Assembly: GCA_016218575.1 (NCBI GenBank)
Contig: JACRDN010000016.1
Span: 129,306-193,305 of the forward strand
DNA: 64,000 nucleotides
DNA from: Elusimicrobiota bacterium
Lineage (GTDB): Bacteria; Elusimicrobiota; Elusimicrobia; UBA1565; UBA9628
Reading direction: 5' to 3'
Below, in pieces: positions 9,964-18,147 of this stretch. How positions within the stretch are numbered: the stretch's first letter is position 1; every line of letters begins with the position of its first letter. Under the pieces are notes generated by a model. The model ran no database searches. It was not told the origin of the DNA and worked only from the letters and a program-made list of their open reading frames with translations. Made by a program: the position numbers and the translations under genes.

Positions 9964-10511
9964 CAGCCCTTGTATTGGTACGAGATCAAGGTGAAGCTTA
10001 TCTGCATCTGCCCATCGGGGCCCGGCTCGGCGTAAACCACGTTCTGGACGTTGAATATCCTCTCCTCGAGCGCCAGGCCCGCCAGGAAGCGGCCGATATT
10101 GTGGTACGAGCCGCGCACCGAGATGGGATAGGAAAGCTCGATAAAGAAGGGCTTGTCCGTCTGGCCTCCGGGCGTAAAGCTCAGAAGCGAGACATGATGC
10201 TTGTCCGCCAACCCGCTCAAGGTCACCAGAATGTCGGGCACCGACTTGTTCTTGGGCAAACGCCTCTCCGCCTCCACCGCCTTTTGGCTGAGCTCCACCA
10301 GCTCGGCCTCCAGGCGCGGCAGGCGCGCGGCCTGCCGGGTGGCCTTCTCTATCTTGGCCTCGACCTCCTCGGTCTTCTTCTTGGTATCGGCGATGCGCTG
10401 GGAGACCGGGGACCAGAAGAACATGAAATAGCTGTAGCCGAAGCCCCCCAGGAGGAGAACCCCCAGGGCCGCGTACTTCTGCTGCTCCTTGGTCAGCTTG
10501 ATCTTGGCCAT
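9963..10511 (-). CDS. pilO: Type IV pilus assembly protein PilO
   Basis: 182 aa. N-terminal TM, coiled coil and C-terminal ferredoxin-like domain. Conserved pilM-N-O-P-Q gene order. Confidence 0.8.
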   Translation of the reverse strand: MAKIKLTKEQQKYAALGVLLLGGFGYSYFMFFWSPVSQRIADTKKKTEEVEAKIEKATRQAARLPRLEAELVELSQKAVEAERRLPKNKSVPDILVTLSGLADKHHVSLLSFTPGGQTDKPFFIELSYPISVRGSYHNIGRFLAGLALEERIFNVQNVVYAEPGPDGQMQISFTLISYQYKG

Positions 10512-10512
10512 G

Positions 10513-11073
10513 TCAAAGCTGCGGCGTGTAAACCGAAATCAAAGTGAAGGTGTAGACCCGCTCCGCCCCGTCCACGGCGGTCACCGGCCCCATCTCGACT
10601 TGTCCGAACCGCCCGGACTGCTCCAGCTTCTTGATCCAAGCCGCGATATCCTCGTTGCTGCGGGAATCGGCGGACAGAGAAATCTTGAGCGGCCCGGCAG
10701 CGCTTCCCCCTCCCGAGGTGCTCAGGCTTTTCACGCGCACTCCCATGGGCACGCTGCGCACGAAATCCGACATGAAATACGGGTAAAGGGGGCGACCCTT
10801 TAGAAGGTCCGTGATCACGGAGAGCCTCGAGCGCACCGCCCCCGCCGTCTTCTCGAGCTCCTCGACCTTGGCCACGACCACCTCGAGCTTCTTGAGCTGG
10901 GCCTGCTGGGTCGCGGCATGTCTCTCCAGCCTTTTGAGTTTGAACCAATGCGCCACTGAAATGCCCACGACGAGCAGCAGGATGAACCCAGCCCCCACGC
11001 CGGCCTGGATCATCTGCTGTTTCTGCTGAGCCTTGGCCAGGATCTCAGCCGGAACAAGATTGATCTTGATCAT
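10513..11073 (-). CDS. pilN: Type IV pilus assembly protein PilN
   Basis: 186 aa. Starts MIKINLVP, a typical PilN N-terminus, then a single TM and a coiled coil. Confidence 0.8.
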   Translation of the reverse strand: MIKINLVPAEILAKAQQKQQMIQAGVGAGFILLLVVGISVAHWFKLKRLERHAATQQAQLKKLEVVVAKVEELEKTAGAVRSRLSVITDLLKGRPLYPYFMSDFVRSVPMGVRVKSLSTSGGGSAAGPLKISLSADSRSNEDIAAWIKKLEQSGRFGQVEMGPVTAVDGAERVYTFTLISVYTPQL

Positions 11074-11080
11074 GCTTGTC

Positions 11081-12241
11081 TCACACCCAATCCCGGTTGC
11101 GCCTGAGCGCCAATCCCAGGGCCACGGCGAAATCCGGGGCCAGCTCCTTGGGGAAATCCGCGGGAATCTGCTTCAAGAATGATAGAGGATCAAGCACGCT
11201 CACCGGCACCTTGAGCTCGGCGGTCAAATGCTTGGCGAGGTTCTTGACCTTGGCCGTTCCCCCCATCAGGACGATTCGCCCGATCGAGCGCTCGGCTCCC
11301 TGAGACAGATAAAAATCCACGGACCGATGGACTTCCCCGACCAGATCCTTGACCACGGTGACTATGGTCTGGGAAACGGCGAGCGCCTCCTGCTGGCCCT
11401 GTTCCACGGCCTTCTCCTTTTCCGCCGCCTCCAGGACTATCCCATGCGCCTTCTTAAGCTCCTCGGCCTTCATGAAGTCGTTCTGCATGGCCTTGGTGAT
11501 CGCCTTGGTCAAGGTCGCGCCCGATATGAAAATATCGCGCACCACGCGGGTGACTCCATTCTCGATAATGGAGAGGTTGGTCACCATATGCCCCAGGTTA
11601 AGGTAAAGGGTGGCGCCCATCTCGGATTTGGGGTCGCGCAACCTTTCATAAATGTTCTCGAGGGCGAAGGAATCCACGTCCACGATCGTGGGGAAGAGCC
11701 CCGCGGCCTGGAGAATCTCGAGCCGGGCCGCGATCAAGTCTTTCTTCGCGGCCACGAGGACGGTTTCCATTTTTTTCTGGCCTTCCTCTGTGATCTCGCT
11801 CAGGATGTGGGCGCCTAACTGGACCTCGTTGATGTCGAAAGGAATGAAGGGCTCGGCCTCGGTGGGCAAGGTCGCGGCGAGCTCCGTCTTGGTCAGCCTG
11901 GGAAATTTGACGTAGCGCACGATCACCGAGTTCCCGGAGAGAGTGGTGGCCGCGTCCTTGATCTTGACGCCCTTCTCGACAAGGAAGGCTTTAAGGGAGT
12001 TGATGGTCTGGGCCTTGCGCTCGTCGGCCGTGGCCTCGGGCTTGATGTTGAGGGGGAGGTGCCCCCAGGTCTTGAGGACCGGCCCCGCGCTTTCCTGCTT
12101 GACGTGGGCGATCTTGATGGCGTAATTGCCCATGTCCACGGCCAGGAGATCGGGAGAGCCCATGAGGAACTCCGAGAACCCCTTGGCCTTCTTGAGGGCT
12201 TCTCCCAGAGCTTCCTTTACCTTGTCCAATTTTATAGGCAT
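11081..12241 (-). CDS. pilM: Type IV pilus assembly ATPase-fold protein PilM
   Basis: Actin/FtsA-like fold with conserved N-terminal block LLAVDMGNYAIKIA. Start chosen at ATG 12241 (386 aa). An alternative ATG at 12163 (MGSPDLL) has a GGAG 6 nt upstream. The six-frame ORF extends to 12349. Confidence 0.8.
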   Translation of the reverse strand: MPIKLDKVKEALGEALKKAKGFSEFLMGSPDLLAVDMGNYAIKIAHVKQESAGPVLKTWGHLPLNIKPEATADERKAQTINSLKAFLVEKGVKIKDAATTLSGNSVIVRYVKFPRLTKTELAATLPTEAEPFIPFDINEVQLGAHILSEITEEGQKKMETVLVAAKKDLIAARLEILQAAGLFPTIVDVDSFALENIYERLRDPKSEMGATLYLNLGHMVTNLSIIENGVTRVVRDIFISGATLTKAITKAMQNDFMKAEELKKAHGIVLEAAEKEKAVEQGQQEALAVSQTIVTVVKDLVGEVHRSVDFYLSQGAERSIGRIVLMGGTAKVKNLAKHLTAELKVPVSVLDPLSFLKQIPADFPKELAPDFAVALGLALRRNRDWV

Positions 12242-12407
12242 AAAAAAAGCCGAAAATCCCCTCCGTTTCAGGGGGGTGTACTCGGCGTTTTTGCCGTCGT
12301 GAAAAGCGACGGCAAGTGCATTTATAACAGGTATGGGGAGCTTTGTCAAGACAAAGCAGTTACATAATTATTAAGGAAAGGAGACAAGCCAGGATCAATG
12401 ATTTTTG

Positions 12408-12413
12408 TATAAT
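12408..12413 (+). promoter_or_regulatory. Candidate -10 hexamer TATAAT for the plus-strand inositol cassette (short or leaderless transcript)
   Basis: TATAAT at 12408-12413 lies 6 nt upstream of the ATG at 12420, with no Shine-Dalgarno sequence. The region 12242-12419 is divergent from pilM. Confidence 0.35.
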
Positions 12414-12419
12414 AGAAAA

Positions 12420-13085
12420 ATGCCTTTTATTTTGTTCGATTTCGGGGGAACCTTGGATGGTCCCGGAACTCCCTGGCTTGAGCGTTTCCACGGCATTTAC
12501 CGCGCCGAAGGCCTGGATTTCGCGCGCGAGCGCTTCAGCCAGGCCTTTTACCGGTCGGATGACGAGCTTGCCTCGCGCTTTTCCCTGCGGGGCTTGAGTC
12601 TCGCCGAGACTTTGGAGCTGCAGGTGCAATGCGTTTTGGAAATTTTAGCTCCCGAAAAAATCGGGCTCAAGAGCCGCCTGGCCGGGCTTTTCCTAGAGGA
12701 GTGCCGACGCCATTTTCGCGGAAATCGCCCCATCCTCGAGCGCTTGAGCCGCCGCCACGGCCTCGGCATAGTTTCGAACTTTTACGGCAACCTTCGAAGC
12801 GTCTTAGATAGCGAGGGACTCCTGTCCTTCTTCCAATGCGTGGCCGATTCCGGGGCGCTCGGGATGGAGAAACCCCAGCCCGGCATATTCTTGGAAGCCC
12901 TCAAGGGCTTGAAGGCCGCCCCCGAGGAAACCTTCATGGTCGGCGATTCCGTGGCCCGGGACATGCGCGGCGCGGAAAACCTGGGCCTCAAACACGTGCT
13001 TCTATCCCCTTCCAAAAAAACCCGCTGCTGCCCGCAAGGCCTGCGCATCGAACGACTGGACGAGCTCGAGGCGGTCCTGCCGTGA
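12420..13085 (+). CDS. HAD-superfamily hydrolase (phosphatase)
   Basis: 221 aa from ATG 12420 (the ORF track begins at TTG 12405). Motif I ILFDFGGTLDG is the DxGGT variant of the HAD DxDGT motif. Motif IV reads MVGDSVARDMRGAENLG. Confidence 0.7.
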   Translation: MPFILFDFGGTLDGPGTPWLERFHGIYRAEGLDFARERFSQAFYRSDDELASRFSLRGLSLAETLELQVQCVLEILAPEKIGLKSRLAGLFLEECRRHFRGNRPILERLSRRHGLGIVSNFYGNLRSVLDSEGLLSFFQCVADSGALGMEKPQPGIFLEALKGLKAAPEETFMVGDSVARDMRGAENLGLKHVLLSPSKKTRCCPQGLRIERLDELEAVLP

Positions 13086-13780
13086 TTCGACACGCGGGCG
13101 TCATAGCGGCCGGAGACGGCCTCCGGCTCCAAGGAGCGATCGGGGCAACGGTCAAGCCCATGGCTCCCGTGGCCGGGGTCCCCTTGGTCCATTGGGTGGT
13201 GCGCTCCCTGCGCGGGGCCGGCATCGAGAGCTTCACGGTCATACTCAATTCCCGGGGAAACGCCGCCAGGGAGAGCCTGGTAAGGGAATTCCCTGCCGTG
13301 TCCTGGACCTTCCTGGTCCAGGACACGGCTTCCTCATGGGAAAGCTTCAGGCTGGTGGCCCAAGCCCTCTCCCAAAAAGCCGACATCTTTCTCATGAGCA
13401 CGGTAGACGCCCTGATGCCTCCCCAAGAGGCCGAGCGCTTCGCCCGGGAGGCTGCGACGAGCCCCGCCCCGGCGGGGCTGGCCCTCACCTCCTTCATGGA
13501 CGACGAGAAGCCGCTTTGGGCGGAGCTGGGGGAAAACGGCCTGGTCTCGGCCTTGGGGCCTTCCTGCCGAAGCCGCTCCCGGGCCACGGCGGGGCTCTAT
13601 TTCTTGACAAAGGCCGTCGCCGACGCCATGCCCGCGGCCGAGCGTCATTCCAAGCTGCGGGACTATTGGCAGTCCCTGCTCGATTCGAAGACTCCCGTGG
13701 CCGGAATCGCCCTGGGAAAGACCTTGGACGTGGATAGGCCTCGGGATCTCGCGGCCGCGGAGCGTTTCGCCACATGGTGA
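13082..13780 (+). CDS. Nucleotidyltransferase (MobA/IspD-like NTP-transferase fold)
   Basis: 232 aa. GTG start overlaps the HAD stop (GTGA at 13082-13085). Glycine-rich N-terminus GVIAAGDGLRLQG...KPMAPVAGVPLVHW matches the GxGxR(L) sugar-/alcohol-phosphate nucleotidyltransferase signature. The six-frame ORF is extended upstream to 12836. Confidence 0.6.
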   Translation: MIRHAGVIAAGDGLRLQGAIGATVKPMAPVAGVPLVHWVVRSLRGAGIESFTVILNSRGNAARESLVREFPAVSWTFLVQDTASSWESFRLVAQALSQKADIFLMSTVDALMPPQEAERFAREAATSPAPAGLALTSFMDDEKPLWAELGENGLVSALGPSCRSRSRATAGLYFLTKAVADAMPAAERHSKLRDYWQSLLDSKTPVAGIALGKTLDVDRPRDLAAAERFATW

Positions 13781-14628
13781 GCGCGCTCGGCATTTTCCGC
13801 GAGCTCCATAACTCCCCCAACCGGGAGAACGACGACGCGGCCATCCTCAAGGCCGTCATGGAGCAGTTGGAGCTCCTGAAAGTCCGGGCCATGGTCCTGG
13901 ATCCCGAGGCCGCGGACCAGCAGGATTTGAAGGCCTGGGACATGCTGGTTCCCATGTGCGAGTCCTATGCCAGACTCATGCGCCTCAAGGCCTTGAAGGG
14001 TTCCGGGGCTCCCGTCATCGTCAACTCTCCAGAAGCGGTGCTGGCCTGCTACAGGACCGAGATGCTGGCGGCCTTCGAGCGCTCGCCCGAGCTCGATTTC
14101 CCGGAAACAGAACTGAGAATAGTGACGGGCGATCGCCCGCAGCCTTTCCCGGCTTTCGGCTCGTCCACGGGGGTATGGGCCAAGCGCGGGGACGTGCACA
14201 ACACCCGCGGCGGCCGCGATGTGGTCTTCGCGAAGTCCTCCCAGGAGCTCGAGGCCGTCCGCAAGGATTTCGCCCGACGCGAGATCACTCACATGCTTCT
14301 GCAAAGGCACGTCGACGGAGACCTGATCAAATTCTACGGGGTCGGGCCCGGCCAGTGGTTCACCTGGTTCTATCATGACCCCGCCTCGGCCCGCAGGCTC
14401 TCCTTCGAGGTGGAGGAGCTGGCCCTCCAGGGAGAGCTCGCCGCGCGAGCCGTGGGGCTCGAGGTTTTCGGCGGCGACGCCATCGTGTCGGCCGCTGGAA
14501 CGATTTGCGTCATTGACATCAACTCCTGGCCGAGCTTCGCCCGCGTGCGGGCCGAGGCCGCGGTGCAGATCGCCAGGCACCTGCGCAAGAAGCTCACGAC
14601 CCTGCGGGTCCCGGGAAGACAACCATGA
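13774..14628 (+). CDS. ATP-grasp family ligase
   Basis: 284 aa. ATP-grasp elements present (...VWAKRGDVHNTRGG..., ...IKFYGVGPGQWFTWFYHD..., C-terminal GGDAIVSAAGTICVIDINSWPSF). ATG overlaps the upstream stop (ATGGTGA). Confidence 0.65.
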   Translation: MVSALGIFRELHNSPNRENDDAAILKAVMEQLELLKVRAMVLDPEAADQQDLKAWDMLVPMCESYARLMRLKALKGSGAPVIVNSPEAVLACYRTEMLAAFERSPELDFPETELRIVTGDRPQPFPAFGSSTGVWAKRGDVHNTRGGRDVVFAKSSQELEAVRKDFARREITHMLLQRHVDGDLIKFYGVGPGQWFTWFYHDPASARRLSFEVEELALQGELAARAVGLEVFGGDAIVSAAGTICVIDINSWPSFARVRAEAAVQIARHLRKKLTTLRVPGRQP

Positions 14629-15959
14629 ATATCGCGTCAGAATCCAGCGCCGCCGGTCCCAAATCACAGGCTCTATTCGAGGAGGAGCAGGCCTACATCG
14701 CTCCCGGCCTGCAGTCCGTGGCCCTCTATTCGAGAATCGCCCTGGAGGAGGGGCGGGGCGTCTGGCTCACCGACGCGGACGGACGGCGCTACCTGGACTT
14801 CATGGCCGGAATCGGAGTGGCCTCGGTGGGACATGCCCATCCCGAGCACGCCAAAGCCCTGGCAGAGCAGGCCGCTAGGCTCAGCGTGGGCTCCTTCACC
14901 ACTCGGAGGCGCCTGGCCTTCCTCAAGAACCTAGCCTCGGTGACTCCGGCGGGCCTTTCCAGGGTCCAACTCTACTCCTCCGGGGCCGAGGCGGTGGAAG
15001 CGGCCCTGCGCCTAGCCAAGAGCCACACCAAGAATTTCGAGATGATCAGCTTCTGGGGCGGTTTTCACGGCAAGACCGGCGGGGTTATGGGCCTTTTGGG
15101 GGACGGCTTCAAGCACGCCTTGGGGCCCTTGATGCCCGGCCTCTACCTCTCTCCCTATCCCGACCCACGCCGCTGCCCCTTGGGCGCGCCGGAACCCCAT
15201 GACTGCGCGGCCCACTGCCTCGAGTTCCTGCGCGAGATGATCCAGCGCGAGACCTCCCGCTCCATAGCGGCCATTATCCTCGAGCCCATCCAGGGCACGG
15301 CCGGCAACGTGGTTCCTCCTCCGGGATTTTTCAAGGGAGTGCGGGACATCGCGCGCGAGAACGGAGCCCTATTCATCTCTGACGAGATGATCACCGGGTT
15401 CGGCCGCACCGGGAAATGGTTCGGCTGCGAGCACGAGGAGGTCGTCCCCGACATCATGACCGTGGGCAAGGGCATGGCGGGAGGCTTCCCCCTATCGGGA
15501 ATCGTCACGAGCGACTCCATCGCCCAGGCCAAGCCCTTCGCCAACCCGAGCGGCTCCTCATCGAGCTACGGCGGCAACCCCTTGGCCGCGGCCGCGGCCG
15601 ACGCCACCCTCTCAATCATGAAAAGGGAGAACCTGCCGGCCAACGCGCAAAGAGTCGGCGCGGCTCTGTTGGCGCGCCTGGGGGAGCTGCGGAGCCGTTC
15701 GCCCCTCGTGGGCCGGGTGCGCGGGCGGGGGCTCATGATAGGCGTGGATCTGGTCCATCCCAAGACCGGAAAGCCTCTTCCCGGGCCTCTCTGCCGGGAG
15801 CTTTTCAGCGACTGCCTGGACCGTGGCCTTCTCAGCATGTGCTACAGCCCGGCTCTGCGCATCAACCCGCCCCTCACCATCACCGAGGCGGAGGCCCTTC
15901 AGGGAGCCGACATCCTGGAGGACTCCCTAGGCGTCCTGGCGCGAAGGCACGGCATTTAA
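14625..15959 (+). CDS. Class III pyridoxal-phosphate aminotransferase
   Basis: 444 aa. Class-III PLP aminotransferase blocks present, including the PLP-lysine region DEMITGFGRTGKWFGCEHEEVVPDIMTVGKGMAGG. ATGA overlap with the upstream gene. Confidence 0.8.
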   Translation: MNIASESSAAGPKSQALFEEEQAYIAPGLQSVALYSRIALEEGRGVWLTDADGRRYLDFMAGIGVASVGHAHPEHAKALAEQAARLSVGSFTTRRRLAFLKNLASVTPAGLSRVQLYSSGAEAVEAALRLAKSHTKNFEMISFWGGFHGKTGGVMGLLGDGFKHALGPLMPGLYLSPYPDPRRCPLGAPEPHDCAAHCLEFLREMIQRETSRSIAAIILEPIQGTAGNVVPPPGFFKGVRDIARENGALFISDEMITGFGRTGKWFGCEHEEVVPDIMTVGKGMAGGFPLSGIVTSDSIAQAKPFANPSGSSSSYGGNPLAAAAADATLSIMKRENLPANAQRVGAALLARLGELRSRSPLVGRVRGRGLMIGVDLVHPKTGKPLPGPLCRELFSDCLDRGLLSMCYSPALRINPPLTITEAEALQGADILEDSLGVLARRHGI

Positions 15960-16975
15960 TGAAGAACCGCCTCAAGGGAGCCTTGGCCGGCTTCGGGCAA
16001 GTGGCCCAAAGGGCCCATGCCCCGGCCTTCGCCTCGTCCGAGCATTTCTCCATCGTCGCCGTGGCGGAGGAGAATCCCGCGCGTCTGGAGGCGGCCAAGG
16101 CCTTCTTCCCGCGAGTCCGGCTCTATTCCAGCCTGGAGGTTCTCTTGCGCTCGGAAAGCGAGCTGGATTTCATCTCCATCGCCACCCCCCCCTTCCTGCA
16201 CGCGCCCCAAACCCTGGCGGCCTTGGAGCGGGGCTGTCATGTGCTCTGCGAGAAGCCATTGGCCTTGAGCCGAGAGGAATTGGACGCCATGGAGGAACTC
16301 GCCCGAGCCCGCGGCCGCGTCGTCTTCACCGTCCACAATTGGGCCCATGCCGCCCAGTGGAAGAAAGCCTTGGATTTGATCCAGGCCGGAACCTTGGGCG
16401 AAATACGCCACGCAGAGCTGCACGTCCTGCGCCAGAAGCCGGCCTCGAGCGCGCTGGCGGATTGGAGGCGCGACAGGAGCCTCGCCGGCGGCGGGATACT
16501 CCTCGACCACGGCTGGCACAATCTTTACCTGATCTACCGCCTGCTAGGCTGCCCAGAGGCGCGGCCCAAGGTCAGCGCCAGGTTCTGGCGGGAAAGCCCC
16601 TCCCATGTCGAGGACGAAGCGACCGTGCTCCTGGATTTTCTCGCCTCCTCCGCCCTTCTGCACCTAAGCTGGAGGTCCTTTGCCCGGACCAACTGGGCCG
16701 TGGTTTACGGGACCCGAGGCAGGCTTGAACTCGCGGACAACGAGCTCCGGCTTGAGCTGTCCTCCGGCCATTGCGAAACCTTCCAGTTCCAGGAAAAGCT
16801 CTCCCAGCTTTCGGCCCACCCGAGTTGGATGGCCTCTCTCATCGAGGAATTCCACTCCGAGCTCCTGCAGCCGGGGCCCCGACGCAATCTGGCGGAAGCC
16901 CGTTTTTGCCTGTCCGCCATAGAGGAAGCCTACCGCCAAAGCCCTGAGCCCTGCCCGGCCGGAGCGCCCGCGTGA
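15959..16975 (+). CDS. Gfo/Idh/MocA-family NAD(P)-dependent oxidoreductase (inositol/sugar dehydrogenase-like)
   Basis: 338 aa from ATG 15959, which overlaps the aminotransferase stop (TAATG). The six-frame ORF's 181-codon upstream extension is discounted. N-terminal Rossmann fold (LAGFGQVAQRAHAPAF) and the family motif EKPLALSREELDAM. Confidence 0.7.
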   Translation: MKNRLKGALAGFGQVAQRAHAPAFASSEHFSIVAVAEENPARLEAAKAFFPRVRLYSSLEVLLRSESELDFISIATPPFLHAPQTLAALERGCHVLCEKPLALSREELDAMEELARARGRVVFTVHNWAHAAQWKKALDLIQAGTLGEIRHAELHVLRQKPASSALADWRRDRSLAGGGILLDHGWHNLYLIYRLLGCPEARPKVSARFWRESPSHVEDEATVLLDFLASSALLHLSWRSFARTNWAVVYGTRGRLELADNELRLELSSGHCETFQFQEKLSQLSAHPSWMASLIEEFHSELLQPGPRRNLAEARFCLSAIEEAYRQSPEPCPAGAPA

Positions 16976-18147
16976 GCCAAGCTTCCCGGGTCGTCCTGGT
17001 CGTGGCCCATCCCCGGCTCGCTTTCGAGCGTTTGGGAGGGCTCACCATCTTGGAAAGGCAGCTTTTCACCTTGGCGCGCGCCGGGGCCGGAAAGGTTTGG
17101 ATCGCCATGCCCAAGCCAGACGCCGCGGCGCTTTGCGCCCTGCGCCTGCCTCCGGGGCTCGATCTCTCATGGTCCCACCGCTCCGGCCTGGTCCCGGGAG
17201 AGTGCGAGCCGCCGTATCTCACTTTGTCGGGCGACCACCTCCTGCGCCTGGAGGCATTGCGCGGCATCCTCTCGGCCGAATACGCGGCCCATTCCCGAAT
17301 GGTCGACGCCGAGGGCCGGACCGTGGTCCAGGCCGTGCCGTTCCGGTCCGAGACCATTCCTCCCGCCCATGAGGAAAGGCTCTCACAGGGAGCCTTCCTC
17401 CATCTGCGCATCCCAGCCGGGCAGGGGTCGAGCCTCGATTGGCTCATGGCCTCTGGAGGCAAGAGTCAGGACGGCTTCATGGCCCGGAACTTCGACCGGC
17501 ACATATCGCTCGCCTTGTCGCGATTTCTGCTGGACACCCGGGTGACCCCCAACATGATGACGTTGTTTAGCTGCGCCTTGGGGCTCTTCGGCACTGTCTT
17601 CTTCCTAAACCCCAATCATCACGCCATGAGCTTGGCCGGGGCCTGCTTGATATGGCTTCACTCGGTTCTGGACGGCTGCGACGGGGAATTGGCGCGGCTG
17701 AAATTCCTGGAAAGCCCTCTCGGAGCCGACATCGACTTTTGGGGCGACAACCTGGTGCACCTGTCGCTTTTCGGCTGCCTGGCCTGGGGCTTCCACAAAG
17801 CCGACCACAGTCTCCTGCCGCTGATACTGGGAACCTCGGCCTGCCTGGGTGCCCTGGGCTCGGCCCGGCTGGCATACGTTGATAGACGCTCTAAACGGCA
17901 AGCCCCCGCCTTGTCGAGCCCGGTGGGCGGCTCGGCGACGGCCTTGCAGCGCCTCGAGACCATTTTAGCTCAAAGAGACTTCATCTACCTTCTGCTGCTT
18001 CTGGCCTACTTCGACAAGACCTACGAGGTCCTCTGGGCCGGAGCCGTGGGCTCCGTCCTTTTTCTCATCATGATGATGAAACTCAGGAGATCACCGCATG
18101 AACACCCGCAAACACGCCTCGAAATCCCCTCCAAAATCCACAGTTGA
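16972..18147 (+). CDS. Bifunctional nucleotidyltransferase / CDP-alcohol phosphatidyltransferase (IPCT/DIPPS-like)
   Basis: 391 aa. N-terminal ~150 aa cytosolic NTP-transferase-like domain (VVLVVAHP...GGLTILERQLFTLARAGAGKVWI). C-terminal membrane domain carries the CDP-alcohol phosphotransferase motif DGCDGELARLKFLESPLGADIDFWGDNLVH (D-G-x2-A-R-x8-G-x3-D-x3-D). GTG start overlaps the upstream stop (GTGA). Confidence 0.7.
   Translation: MSQASRVVLVVAHPRLAFERLGGLTILERQLFTLARAGAGKVWIAMPKPDAAALCALRLPPGLDLSWSHRSGLVPGECEPPYLTLSGDHLLRLEALRGILSAEYAAHSRMVDAEGRTVVQAVPFRSETIPPAHEERLSQGAFLHLRIPAGQGSSLDWLMASGGKSQDGFMARNFDRHISLALSRFLLDTRVTPNMMTLFSCALGLFGTVFFLNPNHHAMSLAGACLIWLHSVLDGCDGELARLKFLESPLGADIDFWGDNLVHLSLFGCLAWGFHKADHSLLPLILGTSACLGALGSARLAYVDRRSKRQAPALSSPVGGSATALQRLETILAQRDFIYLLLLLAYFDKTYEVLWAGAVGSVLFLIMMMKLRRSPHEHPQTRLEIPSKIHS

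Noticed and set aside
15416-15958. 181-codon N-terminal extension of the Gfo/Idh/MocA ORF.
   Set aside because: The extension overlaps the aminotransferase gene in another frame and is Arg/Gly/Pro-rich. ATG 15959 gives a normal Rossmann N-terminus and a TAATG coupling overlap.
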